DNA of 59,353 nucleotides, filler included, from Squatina squatina (Eukaryota), in NCBI GenBank assembly GCA_031763465.1. It is 3 parts of 3 records of this genome, joined end to end, with 100 filler letters (N's around TTAATTAATTAA, not from the genome) between each part and the next. Parts side by side here need not be neighbours in the genome. Positions count along the whole stretch, not along the records: positions 1 to 25,993 come from JARFOE010000192.1; 2 more parts are not named here. One strand, written 5' to 3'. The notes under the pieces were generated by a model. That model ran no database searches and had not been told where the DNA came from. It was given only the letters and a program-made list of their open reading frames with translations. This document shows positions 1-13,701 of this stretch, in pieces (the stretch's first letter is position 1; each line of letters opens with the position of its first letter). The position numbers and the translations under genes were made by a program.

Positions 1-1449
1 AGGGACTCACTGTGCTGGGAGTTCTCACTTACCCACTGACTCAGGACCCAGCATAGATCTGGAAGCCGTGCACCCAGTCGGATGAGGCCTGCAGATAACA
101 TGTGGGCCCCCTGGGGGTTGAGTCCAGGCCAGGCAAGCAGACTGATGTCATTTTAAAAAAATTTGTCTTGATCTGGCCCATCACAAAGTGGGGGGACATA
201 GGGGATATAGCTGGAGTCTGGCCCAGGGAAGGCAGGGATAGGCTTGGACACCTCTGGCCCCACCCCACCTCCTCGCCTCCCCCACAAATGCTGGGCTGGA
301 TTCAGATTTTCCATCTGCATGGGGCAGGAAGGCCCGAGAAGTGTGCCCACTGTGGCATCTGCCATCTCCTGTGCAAATTAGATGTCCTCCTGCTGAACCT
401 ACAGACTTCAGTGGGGCAGCACTGCAGAAAACCGGAATCCCACAGATCTTCAGGGCCAGTACATCAATTGTTTAAAGACTCTCAACTGGCTGCTCTGAAA
501 ATCAAAACAATCAGATGACAAAAGAGTTTCCCTTGCTTCCCTCCAGCAGACACTAATGCCTAAAGACCTTTTTGCCCTCAGTCACATGAAAGCCTGGCTG
601 AACCATGCCGAAGGAAAATGACAGCAAACAGATGCTGTAATGGGGCTATATGTTTTTATTTTGATCGATAAGGGCTAAATTGTCTCTTTACCCATATTTA
701 TCCTGTTATCCTGTGAACTTGTGCAGGTTTGTGATACCTATGAAAATAGCCAGCTGCTATATTCACACACTATTAATTAATGTGGCCCCAATTAGGACAT
801 TTTCCTTTACAATTGCATGTAATTCTAGTCTGTGGATTCGACACAAAGATTACAAACAACAGAATAAATTTTAATTGTGGTGATAGGTTACATTTGGAAT
901 GTCTGCTTGCACAATGCTATTTTTCTCCTGCTCACATTCATACATTGTGAAGGTGCCTGGGGCCACGCTACAGCTGATTCTCCATTCCTGATTTGCCCAT
1001 GCACGTTTAATGTAAAGCTCTTTATGCAAAAGGAGGCGTGACAGCCCCTTTGTTTCCTCACAGTTAATTTTTGTCTCCTGACTGTGGGAAAACTGTGCAC
1101 GTAAAGGGCTGGGTTCACCCAAGTCTCATCTGTACACAGTCCTCCGAAAAGCATGAAAAAGTACAGCTGCTAACTTCTATTCCTGGTGGGGATGGAAGAA
1201 TTGAAGCTTATGTTCTATAGCTCCCCACAGAGCCTTGGATCATAAATATAAATCTTGGTAAAAAAATGTAATATTCGCTTGACTGTCTTTTTTTAAATTT
1301 ACAGCTGCTGCTCTTTCCTATTGGGACACTGGCAACATTACAATTACAATAAAACCTGCTCCTGAGTAGGGTTGCTAACTCTGGTTGGAGGCATTCCTGG
1401 AGGTTTGATCACATGATGTTCTGACCACATGATGCCTGAGCATGTAACA

Positions 1450-1671
1450 TAGCAGATGGAATATAATGTGGAAAAATGGGAAGTTATCCACATTGGTAGG
1501 AAAAATAGAAACGCAGAGTATTTTTTAAATGGTGAGAGGTTGGGGAATGTTGATATTCAGAGGGACCTGGGTGTCCTTGTACACAAATTACTGAAAGTTA
1601 ACAGCAAGCAATTAAAAAAGCAAATGGTATGTTGGCCTTTATTACAAGAGGATTTGAGTATAAGAGTAAAG
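1450..1671 (+). mobile_element. CR1 LINE fragment (ORF2 region downstream of RT)
   Basis: Translates to QMEYNVEKWEVIHIGRKNRNAEYFLNGERLGNVDIQRDLGVLVH, then MLAFITRGFEYKSK in a shifted frame, typical CR1 ORF2 C-terminal motifs. Ends at a gap. Confidence 0.85.
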
Positions 1672-4600
1672 NNNNNNNNNNNNNNNNNNNNNNNNNNNNN
1701 NNNNNNNNNNNNNNNNNNNNNNNNNNNNNNNNNNNNNNNNNNNNNNNNNNNNNNNNNNNNNNNNNNNNNNNTACATGCATGTGCTTTGACCTGCATAATT
1801 TTATTATATTCACTGGGCCCAGGCAACCCAGGAAATCCTAGGCGCAGACCAAGGAAAACCTCCATATTGTCTCTAAAATCACAGGAAAGCCAACAAAACT
1901 GGAAGATCCTATCAGAAGTATAGATCTGTAAAGTAGAATGCAAACTGTTACTCTAAGTTGGGGAACAACAAGGCATCTAACTGCAAGTTACAGAGTCCCA
2001 TGCTAATTAGCAAATCAAATTAAAATAAATGATGGGGAGTGCTTTTTAAGTGCCCCAAAAACAGTATTTAGCGGTTGAAGCTGAAAAGAAGTAACCAGAT
2101 TGCTCACACTTGCCTTTATGCCTTGAGCCATATCTGTGGGTTTTGGCATACCCATCTGACAATGACTGAGGGCAACCAGCTTTGTTGGCTTCGGGCCAGT
2201 TGCAGAACTACTACGCGAAAACCTATAGCCAATCTATACTAAAGGCAGTGAAGGTTACCATCACCCTCAACTTTAGAACTGTGGTGTCATTTCAGACTTA
2301 TATGGGGACATTTGTAACATCAGCCAATAAGCTGTTGACAGAGGCATAAAACAAGACTCAAAAGCATTAGTTACTAGAGTTGTGCTCTGTGTGTCAACCA
2401 GGGCACTCCCCTCAGGCTCGTTAACTATTGCCTCCCAGCAGGGCATCTCTAAGCTGAGAGAAGGGGGATGCAAAAATGCTGAACCTAGCAGCAAGGCTTT
2501 GATGAACTAAAAAGATTCTCCAATGATTATTGAGAATTAAATCCTATGACGTTTCTCCTTAAATGCACTTCCGCCTGTTAGCAACTGCCTAACAATGCCA
2601 AATGCCTCTTATATATGAGCATTCTTTGCAATGAGCCAGTACATGGGAGAGAGAGTGAATGGCTGCGTGTGTGAAGAGAGCTGGGTAGCCTTGAAGCAAG
2701 AGGATCAGGTTCCTCTAGTTGATTTTCTGCATGTTGCTGTGGCACACCTAGGAGGGCACAAAAAGAAGAGGAAAGCAGTGTTAAATGAGCAATGAAATGG
2801 CTATACTACTTTCAGTACAAGGTATGACCTTAAGCTTTCATAATGTATTGTGATGACAGATTATTTGTGAGGTGCAGGAGCTACAAACATATGAGAAGAG
2901 GAGTGTTAGAACCAATATGCAACTGGCACCTCCCTTTCAACCCTCCCTGTCTCCCACTGCTTCTGCTCCATTCCTGCCCAAGAATTCAAGGGCTTCCTCC
3001 TCATCTAGTGTTAGTTACGCGCCACTTTAAACTATCTAGTTTCTTCTTAGATGGTATGATGGCTTTCTAGCTGTCATCAAATGGAAACCAACCCAAGTGT
3101 CATTAAGCATACCTTAATAGAAATGGAAAAAGATATAGGAAATGCACCAGTATATTTATTTTGAGGCGTTTAAGCATTTATGTTGCTTGTCCACATGTTA
3201 GGTTGTGAGTGAAGGAACACTTGCATGGAAGAAAAGAGACATGAATGGTCTCAGTACTTTATGCACATTTCGGGCAAATTGTAAATGGTTCAACACAGCA
3301 AGAGCAAGGTAGCTGCAAACGTGAAACATGCTTATTGCATTGCATTGTTGCAATGTTGGACAGGAAAAGACCAGCTGGTTCATCCAGCTTATCCAATACA
3401 GTCTTGATGCCTAATGGTTCACTCGGATATAATTATGCAATATGGCACTGTAACCTACCCATATGTCATGTACAGTAAGGCACTGTGAAAGTAGAATAAA
3501 TGTAAGTTCCCCCTCTCTTCAGTCTCAGTGTATATATGGATTGAGTAACTGGTCACTTGACTAAAACCCATTGTGAAAAGTTACATTCGGGAAGCACTAA
3601 GACAAGTGAATAGCTGATTATAATGCACACCCAGACACACACGCAGACATGGCTGCAAATAGTGGCACCACTATTCCTGGCCGGCAACTGCTGTGAAGTG
3701 AAGCTTAAAAAGTTCTTTTAAAAATAATGTATTAATCTTAATTGTTAATCTTTTTGAAGTTAACAGATACAAGACTCTCCCGTCAGCTCTTTGTTGACGT
3801 TCGAATTTAACCATTATTGGCGAGCAGAACTCTGCGCATACATTCGTCCTCAACTTTGTCTGCCCTGAAAATGATGTGGAGCCTGCAGTAAACATTCGGA
3901 GAAACAGTAAAGTCGTGAAATTGAATTCAATAAATCTGTCAGTTTGTAGCCTCATGGCAGGAAAGCTGCCAAATTGTTGTAAAAAACCAACTAGTTCGCT
4001 AATGTTCTTCACGCAAGGGACCAGCCATTCCATACCGGTCTTGCCCTACATGTGTTTCGAGTCTATACTACAAAGTTAACTCTCAATGAAACTAGCAATT
4101 GTTCAAACAATCAGGGCAACTAGGGATGCGCAATAAATATGGCCTTGCCAGCATCAACAATATACTGTCAACCCACAAAAAATATTCTGCAGGACTGCAT
4201 TGCTCTGTGGACACACTGGTCTCAAAACTTGTGATTGTAATACAACTGGACCAATAAAGTCAGAATTAAGGAAGGTGTCCACTTCTTCCTTATTACAGCA
4301 AATGGATCTTCTGTAATCCGCCTCTTTTTTTGAATAACATTCTGTTTAAAGCCTCCACCAGATATTCACTTTTCAATTTTGAGTAGCAAGAAAAGAATAT
4401 GCAAAGTTTCCATTAACAATAATGCTAGATTTGAAATTGTTGCGCTTGACTTCTTGGTGCCTCATTACTGAAATTCTAGGTGCATTAGTGGGTTCAAAGA
4501 GATGGCAGGACTCGAATCATCTGAGGGGCAGGCTGTACTGCTTTACTACAAGACTTTCAAACACATCCACAGTAAGATGAGTTTGATAACTTTCACATGT

Positions 4601-7600
4601 CAGTGAGCAAGCTAACATGAAATGGGATACACTATAGTGCTTTTAAAGGCTGATGTCTTTCTAAAGCATGACATTTTGGCAGATGGAATTCTTCAGGAGT
4701 CATAGCATCTTCTGATAAGGTGGGGCATTGCTTTATTTAATGGCTATGAGTGAAAGGAAAGATCCTTATCAGCAAGATGTTTTGTTTTTGTCTTTCATCC
4801 CACATCTCAGATCTTCAGATCAGCTTCACAAAGGACGCACTCCTGTATGCAGAGGTCAGGAAGTTGATCTTAGCACCAGTGCTATAGGCCATGCCGGAGA
4901 GCCATCTCCAGATTGTGTTTCATTGAGCATCTGTTTGTGCTGTTGTGGCACTAGCTCTCAAGGGAAATCTTCTAATGGAGAAAAACTAAAGCTTTACTGT
5001 TAATACATGAGGCCCCGTGTCACAGTGTATTTGGTGCACTAATGTTCTACACTACAATGTGATGTGATACAAGATGCCAAACACGACACCTCACAGTGAG
5101 GAATTTTCAACATCAGTTATGCACGAAGGGGAGGCAAAGTCGTACTCCACAGTGAGAGGAAGAAAATTAGAAGGCAAGCTATAGCATTATAAAATTTTCA
5201 GTTGCCACTAATTTATGTGGGCAAGTGGCAAGCATAATGGAAATTAATAGCATGCGGCAAGATCTGAACCAGCTAAGCAGATGTGCTAATGTAGATAGGT
5301 GTAGATAGGTGTAAAATAATTATAGTGAAACAGGAAACAATAAACATGTGCATAATGAAACCATTCTGTTTTACATTAGGATTATAGAATTATATGATTA
5401 GGACATCACCACAATAAAACAGGGAGAAAATTGAAAGGCAATCCACATAAATTGACATTTTCAAGAAAACAAAAATCAATTCAAATTGTTAAATTAGAGA
5501 AAATCAAATAAAGGAGCACTATTTTAANNNNNNNNNNNNNNNNNNNNNNNNNNNNNNNNNNNNNNNNNNNNNNNNNNNNNNNNNNNNNNNNNNNNNNNNN
5601 NNNNNNNNNNNNNNNNNNNNNNNNNNNCTGCAAGTGTGCAGACACATCCATCCAGAGCAGGGTAGTACTCAAAATCATAATAGACACTGCCACTTTCTCA
5701 AGTGTAAGCAAACTGCTTATTAATGATAAGAAACTACATACATATGTTTCACTGCAGATCTTTCATGTTAAGCTGCACCATAACAGGGCCATTCTGCTCC
5801 TCACTGAAGATGTCATACAGCAGCTTGGATTTAAGCAGCAAGTCCTTTGATATTGCTGAAGCATTTTCTCTCAAATTGTAGACATGTCAAGTCTCACTTG
5901 TTTTCAATGAGGCTCAGCCTATTTAACATGTTTATTTTGGTCTCACTTTAAAGAATAATAAAAATTCTATTAACTTTAGTGGGTTACCATCCAGCCTGTT
6001 TTTCTCATCAAATACCATGGCTAAGAAATTTGGTTCAGTAGCGCCCGTTGTTTGGGCGCTATGGGTGCCAAATTGGCTCAAAAATGGCCTCTGAGCAGCA
6101 CGCGCACACTCCTGGTGTGGGTCGCACACCATTTTGGTGAGGGCATTAGTGTTGGCGCTGGGAGTGTCCACGATATGCATGCAGAATGCTCAGTTCGTGA
6201 TGTCAATCAGCCTGCAACATTGAACTGACACACCGCTCAGCGATTTTGGANNNNNNNNNNNNNNNNNNNNNNNNNNNNNNNNNNNNNNNNNNNNNNNNNN
6301 NNNNNNNNNNNNNNNNNNNNNNNNNNNNNNNNNNNNNNNNNNNNNNNNNNCATTGTAAGAGTCTGAAATTCTTTTGATAAATTTAACAAATCACCATGTG
6401 TTGGGAAATCCAGATTTGTACTCACACTGAGATTTTCACTAAAATTATCGTTAAGAAAAATTGAATTTCCCACATCTCCTCCCAAGTAACATAACAAAAG
6501 ATAATTCTGCAAATGAAGGTATCCATAACACATCAATCATGCTTCAGTCATATCCTGAGCCACAAGATCCGTTGTCAGACATATGCAAGATTTATTAAAC
6601 TGCCAGAGGCAATGTCAGACAGTAGTTTTGAGTCTGATTGGTAGTCAAATGCTGAAAGTGAAAATATACCAAGCAACCCTCNNNNNNNNNNCCTCAAATC
6701 ACATTTCTATAAATGATGCTATTATACATCAATGAGAAGTAATTGCTAATGAATACAGCACAATTTTTTAAAAAACAACTTTCTTGTTCTAGTCACAAGG
6801 CCATGACTAGCACTATCCTCATCTAATTTTGAAGGGAATATTGATATATTTCAAGCTATGCACTAAAAAATCAATATGGTATGTGTAACCTACATTAAAC
6901 CCCTTGTCAGTGAGGCATTCACATTTAAAATGACATAACCTTGAAAACTTTTATGATCAAAGACTGAGTGAGTGAATGAGAATACTTTCAACACAGCTTA
7001 AAGGAGCATTATATTCCTGTGAGGAATGAAGAAAGTGACCTAAAGTATGGTAAAAGCTTTTAATAGCAAAGAAAATAAATCAGTCTTCAGATAAGGTGGC
7101 CAATTTTGCAGTTCTATTGCAGTGCCTGTAGGAATGCACCACATCACATGCATGAAGAGCATGGAGAGCTGACCTCCCGTAATTTCACAACGTCAGCTTA
7201 TTAATGCAGTCTGTTGGACTCAGAACTCAAAACCACTTTGAGAACAGAGATGGTTGTCGGTGACCATCAAGGTGACCTTTGCCTTGAATTTCTTTTTGCC
7301 ACTGATTCTTTCTAAGGAGGTATGTGTCAAATGTTGTAACAAGCATCTTGCCCAGGTGCATTGAGCAAGTGACAGCTGCATTGTTTGTCTGGGCCAAGTT
7401 TGCTTTATTTTGAGCTGGAAGAACAATTTTCCTCTTCTCTGCAGCAGGACAGCTTTGAGGTCAACCAGCAGACCTTTAGGAGATACTTCTCACAGAATAA
7501 TCTGCCCATTGACCCTGGTGTACTCCCAGTGCATTGTCCAATGTGCAATATTATCCAATTATCTGACCTCACTTTATAGTGGTGGGAGGGGTGACATTCA

Positions 7601-7941
7601 GCTTTCAATGTTACAGGTGCGCCACCATTCAAAGAGCAGATTCCTGCTGCCACTATGACAGGACTGCAAAAATGACCCCTATATCTATCCAATGATACAA
7701 TAGTATATTACTGTTTGATAGGTGCGGGAAAACCTGAAGCATGGCAGCTTCATACCGACCTCACAAATAAGGTGGATAGCATGAATGTGAAGAGTTAAGC
7801 GAGGGGATAGAAAATTACAAAAAAGGTATACAAGTTAATAATACTTTGTTTCCATGGTATTGATGTAGCTAGCATGTTAATATCAAGGAATTTTATTTGT
7901 AACAATCTAGTGCTGGGTTCCTAAGTCAATTATAAAATTAT

Positions 7942-8000
7942 GTTTCTCTCTCCACAGATGCTGCCTGACCTGCTGAATGTTTCCAGCATTTGCTGTCTTA
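7942..8000 (+). repeat. Short fragment of a common chondrichthyan interspersed repeat (probably Penelope-associated)
   Basis: TCTCTCTCCACAGATGCTGCCTGACCTGCTGAATGTTTCCAGCATTT resembles an abundant shark repeat segment I recall. A more degenerate copy lies near 21530-21605. Confidence 0.5.
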
Positions 8001-8858
8001 ATATAGAATAATGATATACTTGGCAATAATTAACTTTTAAAAATATTTCTCTTACAAAAAGCCTAATATGAACAACTTCTACTAAAACAGTTTTGGAACA
8101 CTGGCGCATTATAATTTTAATAGAGGTTAAATAAATGGTAACATATGGATTTCAACATCTAACTTGCTTGTAATCTATTTTTCACTGTTCCAACGGTGAA
8201 GATTTATCATCGATTTGTCACACAGAAAGAAACTGTGTTGTGCTGAAATGTACAAATATTTTGTTGGTTCAAATATGGAGTGCTGCAACTAGAACTTCAA
8301 ATAGTGGAAGGTTAACAAGCCAAATGACCCAACTTTTAGTATTGCATATATACTGATTTTACACTTACTTTATAATGTCTATTGGCAAAGATAAAAGAAT
8401 TACTTAGGCTGTGTACAATAAGATGTCGCATTTGTCTTCCCTGTTAAAGTTGTTTCGTAAGCAGTCATAGCTGCCGTTCTGGAACCCACAATATCTTTAG
8501 ATCCTCCTCCTCACTCTCTGTTGCTGCAGATCTCTCCTTGACAGCTATACGATCAACATGGCCTACATGGTCATGCACACTTCCTTCATGGTGTTGCATA
8601 TGCAAGTCATGGACAATTCCAGTTATACAGCATCTGCAATGGTCCTCTCTCTCAGCTACTGCCTTAGGGACTAGGTTCAAGGGCAATAGGAAATGAACAG
8701 GTTTCTGGGCCCCACCTTCCTGCCGTCATTTATATGTGGTGAGGTGGCAAGGCGTGGGCAAGGAGCAGCTGCTTGCTTTTCCTGCTGAGGTGGAGGAGGA
8801 AAATCAAGGGTGATACTTGTAGGAGTGAAGGATGCCTCACTCGGCCTTTTGGAGGCAG

Positions 8859-9183
8859 CATCTTTTGGATGACATGTCAAATCGAGCCCCCAGTGGTCCA
8901 CTCAAGCGGACATAAATGATCCCATGGCACTTTTCATAGAAGACAAGGTGAGTTCTCCCAGTGTCATGGCCAACATTTATCCCCCAATCAACACCACCAA
9001 AAACAAATCACCTGGTCACTATCTCATTGCTGTTTGTGGGACCTTACTTGTTGCAGATTAACTGCCACTTTTGCCTATACTACACACTGACAACATTTCC
9101 AAAGTACTTCATTGGCTGTAAAGCACTTTGAGACAGCCAGAGATCATGAAAAGCACTATATAGATGCAAGTTCTTTCTTTCTT
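8859..9183 (+). mobile_element. Deu-domain SINE (SacSINE1/AmnSINE1-like), 5'-truncated
   Basis: Contains GATCCCATGGCACT...AGTTCTCCCAGTGTCATGGCCAACATTTATCCC...CATTGCTGTTTGTGGGA...AAAGTACTTCATTGGCTGTAAAGCACTTTG...TGCAAGTTCTTTCTTT. Colinear with the copy at 29240-29643. Confidence 0.75.
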
Positions 9184-9512
9184 CTGCCCAGTTCCCCATG
9201 ATTTTATACAATTTCTATCGGTATAGCAGGCAGTTTGGATGACAGGAGGAAGTATTTAGTGAAACACAGAGCATCTGTGAGGGGAAGCAAGTTCAGCTGG
9301 AATTAAAGGGGACATAACCTACTGAACAGAGAACAGACTTGAGGGCTCTTCAGTGGCTGAGCTCAGAATATCGGGCCCAGCAAGGGCATGTTTATCAATG
9401 TAGTTTGATTACTCAACATCAACCCTTCGTGGTGTGTTGTTGAAGCTCTGCTTTATCTGGTTCAACCAGATATGAATGCATAGAAGAGAGACTGCTATAG
9501 ATTGGAGTCTAA

Positions 9513-9769
9513 GGGGGGGTGAAATTCGCTCACGCCTCTGCGAGCGGGTAGCGCCCAAAGAATTAAGGTGAGTAGCACCTCCAGTCGGAGGCACCACAAC
9601 GTCAGTAAATTCGACAATATTTTTGGAGAGGTGCGATCGTCGGGCCGTGATCGCGATTTTAAGGGCCGGTCGGGAGGCGCTGCAGCGGGTCCCGGAGGCA
9701 CGGCGCGAGGAGGAAGCAGATGCTGCAGCAGTGCATCCTGAAGGTAAGTGATCGCAAAGTTTTTTTTCT
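9513..9769. mobile_element. GC/CpG-rich MITE-like element, one end only
   Basis: Abrupt CpG-rich block starting TAA|GGGGGGGTGAAATTCG, similar to the termini at 45788 and 46408. Runs into a gap. Confidence 0.45.
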
Positions 9770-11354
9770 NNNNNNNNNNNNNNNNNNNNNNNNNNNNNNN
9801 NNNNNNNNNNNNNNNNNNNNNNNNNNNNNNNNNNNNNNNNNNNNNNNNNNNNNNNNNNNNNNNNNNNNNTTGTATAGCTTACATGGTTGTCCTCTCCTGT
9901 TCACAAGTTCAGTAACCTGTTAGAAGATTCCCTTCCACCTTCAAAAGGAACTACTGAAGGATTGAGATACAACTGTATGCACAGTTTATTATTCACAGCA
10001 GTAATCCTTTCTTTGGGTAACAGTAGTGAATCCTACACATTCAACACCCTCTTCTCTCCTGTCTCAGATCATTATTTCTTCTTCTTCTAGTCTATTTGTT
10101 AATCCATCAAAGCAGCTTAATGATACAATATATGTAAGGTGTGGGTAGATAGGGATTATGTTCAGTATTTGATGGAAGTCTCAAGAGAATCAAAAAAAAA
10201 TTAAAGGGATATTATATTTTCAGAAAGAAAAGCCATCAGAACCCCAGTGGTGTATGGAAAAGACCATTGTGTTAATCATAGAGATTACTGACTTATAAAC
10301 GTATCAAAGAAACTCAAATGTAACATTGGTTACAAGAATGTTTAATCAAATCTTATGCTATCTCTTCAATCTAGTCATAGAAAAGAGGCAGCATGTTTCA
10401 AAAACAGTAAAACTTTAAAGCTATTTTGTCGAGTTTATTACTTGATTCAACACAAACGAACTACAACAGGAGCACACAACTGAACTAGGCAACAGTGCAG
10501 CATTTGTGCTCTATGTATGTGCCTGTGCTTTATACATATGGAGAAAAAGACTGGTGTTAGATCTTGAATCACTTTCTGTTAAAAGGACAGCAGGCTACGA
10601 AATCACAAGTATATTTTTATTGCAGGTGTCCTATTTTATTTTAAACTATAGCAAACCAATTCCAAAAGACATACAAATTAAATTGTGAAAAACAAATTTA
10701 AAATAGATATTAGGGAGAATATAGTAGAGTGATAAAAATTTTAAATAATTCCTCCGGGTAGTAGGGGCAAAAACAAGAGGGTCCTGCAAAATATACCTCC
10801 AGAGCTCGGGTCCTGGACAATGGGTCAAAAGACTGTTTTTCCACATTCATCTTTCTTATGATCCCATGGAATTCACTGGCTTTATTTGTGCAGTGGGAAG
10901 AGGAAGTGGCAATGCTTGTAATGATGGGAATTGTACAAGCAGGAGCAAATCCCAAATTCAGGAACTCATTCACTTTCTTCCTGCTCTGCGTTTTGTGTAA
11001 ATTGTCTGCCACTGGCATGCTCTCTCATTTTAAATTTTAAACCAATACAAGTAACATGTTAATGGGGAAGCCTGTGTAATTCCTGAATTCTCATATTGCA
11101 TAAGCAGTATACTAATCTTGCCCATTTCAAGTGGGCTTTAAAGGCCAGCCAGGCTCTCACTTCCCAGGAAGGGATTCTTTCCTTTTTTTGCCATTTAATC
11201 GCATACAATGGGGATTGTTTTCAGTGTTTCCCTCGTTGGATTTAATACAAGAGGCCAAGGAAAAATAATGAAGCATGACAGGGATATCAGGTGGCAGCTG
11301 AAGCTGACTGATCATGTTCCACCACCAACATAAAAGAGCAACAGCAAATAGGGT

Positions 11355-11504
11355 CAAAGTGGGGAAAAATGGTAAAAAGACAAAATTAAGTGCTCTTTAG
11401 CTAAATGCACACAGCATTCGTAACAAAATAAATGAATTGACGACGCAAATAGAAATAAATGGTTATGATCTGATAGCCATTACGGTGACATGGTTATAAG
11501 GTGA
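11355..11504 (+). mobile_element. CR1 LINE, start of ORF2 endonuclease
   Basis: Encodes LNAHSIRNKINELTTQIEINGYDLIAITVTWL, a degenerate APE endonuclease N-terminus with stops. Confidence 0.8.
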
Positions 11505-11604
11505 NNNNNNNNNNNNNNNNNNNNNNNNNNNNNNNNNNNNNNNNNNNNNNNNNNNNNNNNNNNNNNNNNNNNNNNNNNNNNNNNNNNNNNNNNNNNNNNN
11601 NNNN

Positions 11605-11682
11605 TCGACATATTGGTTTAGAAAACCATCCCGTATACACTCTAGAAAATCCTCCTCCACAGTACCGTTACCAATTTGGTTA
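11605..11682 (-). mobile_element. CR1 LINE endonuclease fragment
   Basis: Minus-strand VEEDFLECIRDGFLNQYV motif next to a gap. Confidence 0.75.
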
Positions 11683-12192
11683 GTGGAGTGTTAATAGAAA
11701 TAATAGTTATGTAATGATGTATAAAATTTGCAAGAAGCTGTTTTAGAAGAAACCATTATTTGTTTATTGAGAAAGACACAGAAAATACTTCAATTAAACT
11801 GATAATATACAATGTCGATTTGGTATAAATATTAGAAATAGGAGATTAAAAATTGAAAGTACAATGAAGTTTGTTTCCCGCTATATAATTTGACACCTTT
11901 CATGATAAGGTCAGGGATTAATATCCTGGAGAATGTTTGAGAGAAAGACATTAGAAGCGAAATTTGTGAATTAACATCTTTACGTCAACATATTAGTAAA
12001 CATTTCCAAGCCAGTTTGATTAGTTCTCCTGTCCAGGAAGAAAGATGAATGTTTCTTTCTGTTAAATCGTAGCTTTTCCTGCTTTTTGTTTTAATTCAGT
12101 GATGCAAATGGTAGAAGTGTTTTTCTGCCCATGTGAATCAGTGCTGCATTTCTGACATGTTACTTGGGGATGTGCTGCTCCAAGAAGACAAC

Positions 12193-12691
12193 GGGGGGCA
12201 ATTCGTGTGGTCCGAAACGGGCTGCAGCATTCGTGGCCCCACAGCCGCGCCAGCAATGAGGCACTGGGATGCAGCCTTCGTGACTTAGTCACCTTTCTGG
12301 GTCAGTGTAAAGTGACAATGCTAAACCAGCATTGCCACAGCGCTAACCTGACGGTGAGCTGACCAATGCCGCGCAATTGCGCATGCACAAGCCGCGCCCG
12401 CGCCCTCTGCCTTAAAGGCAAGGTCCGCAGGCCTGCTGTTCGCCTAGTGATCCAGTCTCACTGGACCACCATGGAGGCTGGAGTCAGAGCGAAAATGTGC
12501 CGACACACCAGAGAGACGTCGTCCGTCCAACCCCGGTGCCAACAGCGTCCTTGCTGCTGAGGCCTATACGCCACCGGGGCACCAGGCCCAATTCTTAAAA
12601 TGACCATTTTTGTGCTCTACGCTGCTTTCATGCCAGGGTAGTGCCGCTGATCGACGCTACCCGGGCGTGAAGGTACACCAATTGGGGCCCC
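12193..12691. mobile_element. GC-rich non-autonomous DNA transposon (MITE-like) with imperfect TIRs
   Basis: Left end GGGGGGCAATTCGTGT; reverse complement of right end GGGGCCCCAATTGGTGT. About 500 bp, CpG-rich in AT-rich flanks, no coding signature. Confidence 0.55.
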
Positions 12692-13543
12692 TCTAAATTT
12701 TCGGTAAAAGTCAGTAAATCATCTTACAATACAACAGATAACTTTGCTGGCTGCCAAGTCTAACTGGAAGAGCTCCAAGTATTAACATTTGAAATTCAAA
12801 GCATTCTAAGAAAGTCAGGAGATCCCACAGGGGTGCATTAGGCTGTGAATTATGGACCCTCCAGGAAAGTTTTGCAATCATGGGTATTTTAAGGTTTAGA
12901 GGGATAAGATCTGAGATTACTGATGGTGAAACACACTTTATTTCTATACTCAAAAACAAAATAAGCAGACCACTCACCTGCTTATTAAAAGTATTCTGTC
13001 CAATAAATTATACATTCATTATATTTACATTAAATGTTAGAAATGCTGCTGGCAACTCTTAATATGTAGATGAATTATTGTGCTGTTTCATGTTTTGCCG
13101 TCTTAAATACATGGTTGGGAAAATTATTGTTTAGCATACTGTAAGCATCAGTTAGGCACAGAGCCTTTGAAAGGTTTTCGTATCAGTCAGAAAGCTAAGA
13201 TATTAGCTCAGTGATTAAATATACCACCTGGTGTGAAACTGAGCTCTACAGATCAAGAAGGACCCACTTCCAGTTCCCACTCTGTGCTACCTAATCAGGT
13301 AGAGGGTAATAAGTGCACCTACAATTGGGCCAGGGAAAGGAAATGCCAGCCGTCGACAATGTCCAACAACTCCGACTGGAAAAAGTGCGTTTGTAGATAT
13401 TGGACAAGGACAAAATCAGGCTGAGGTGGGATGGGCCTCGGAGNNNNNNNNNNNNNNNNNNNNNNNNNNNNNNNNNNNNNNNNNNNNNNNNNNNNNNNNN
13501 NNNNNNNNNNNNNNNNNNNNNNNNNNNNNNNNNNNNNNNNNNN

Positions 13544-13701
13544 AGATTCCACATCATGATTCTCTGAGCTAATATCCTTCCTCACTATTGCATTGATTTC
13601 CTCTTTTACTAACAACGCTAATCCACCTCCTTTCCCTTTTTGCCTGTCCTTTCTGAATGTTGAATACCCCTGGATGTTCAATTCCCATCCTTGGTCACCC
13701 T
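13544..13701 (-). mobile_element. CR1 LINE endonuclease fragment
   Basis: Minus-strand GDQGWELNIQGYSTFRKDRQKGKGGGLALLVKEEINAIVRKDI. Homologous to the plus-strand copy at about 16130-16296. Confidence 0.85.

Noticed and set aside
102-518. 138-aa ORF at window start
   Set aside because: No recognisable domain or splice structure; lies in GC-rich repeat-like sequence.
7942-8000. Possible hammerhead ribozyme associated with Penelope-type repeats
   Set aside because: This copy and the degenerate one near 21530-21605 lack an intact CTGANGA...GAAA core. A by-eye scan found none elsewhere; a covariance-model search was not run.
8465-8686. His/Glu-rich 73-aa minus-strand ORF
   Set aside because: No recognisable family motif or splice support.
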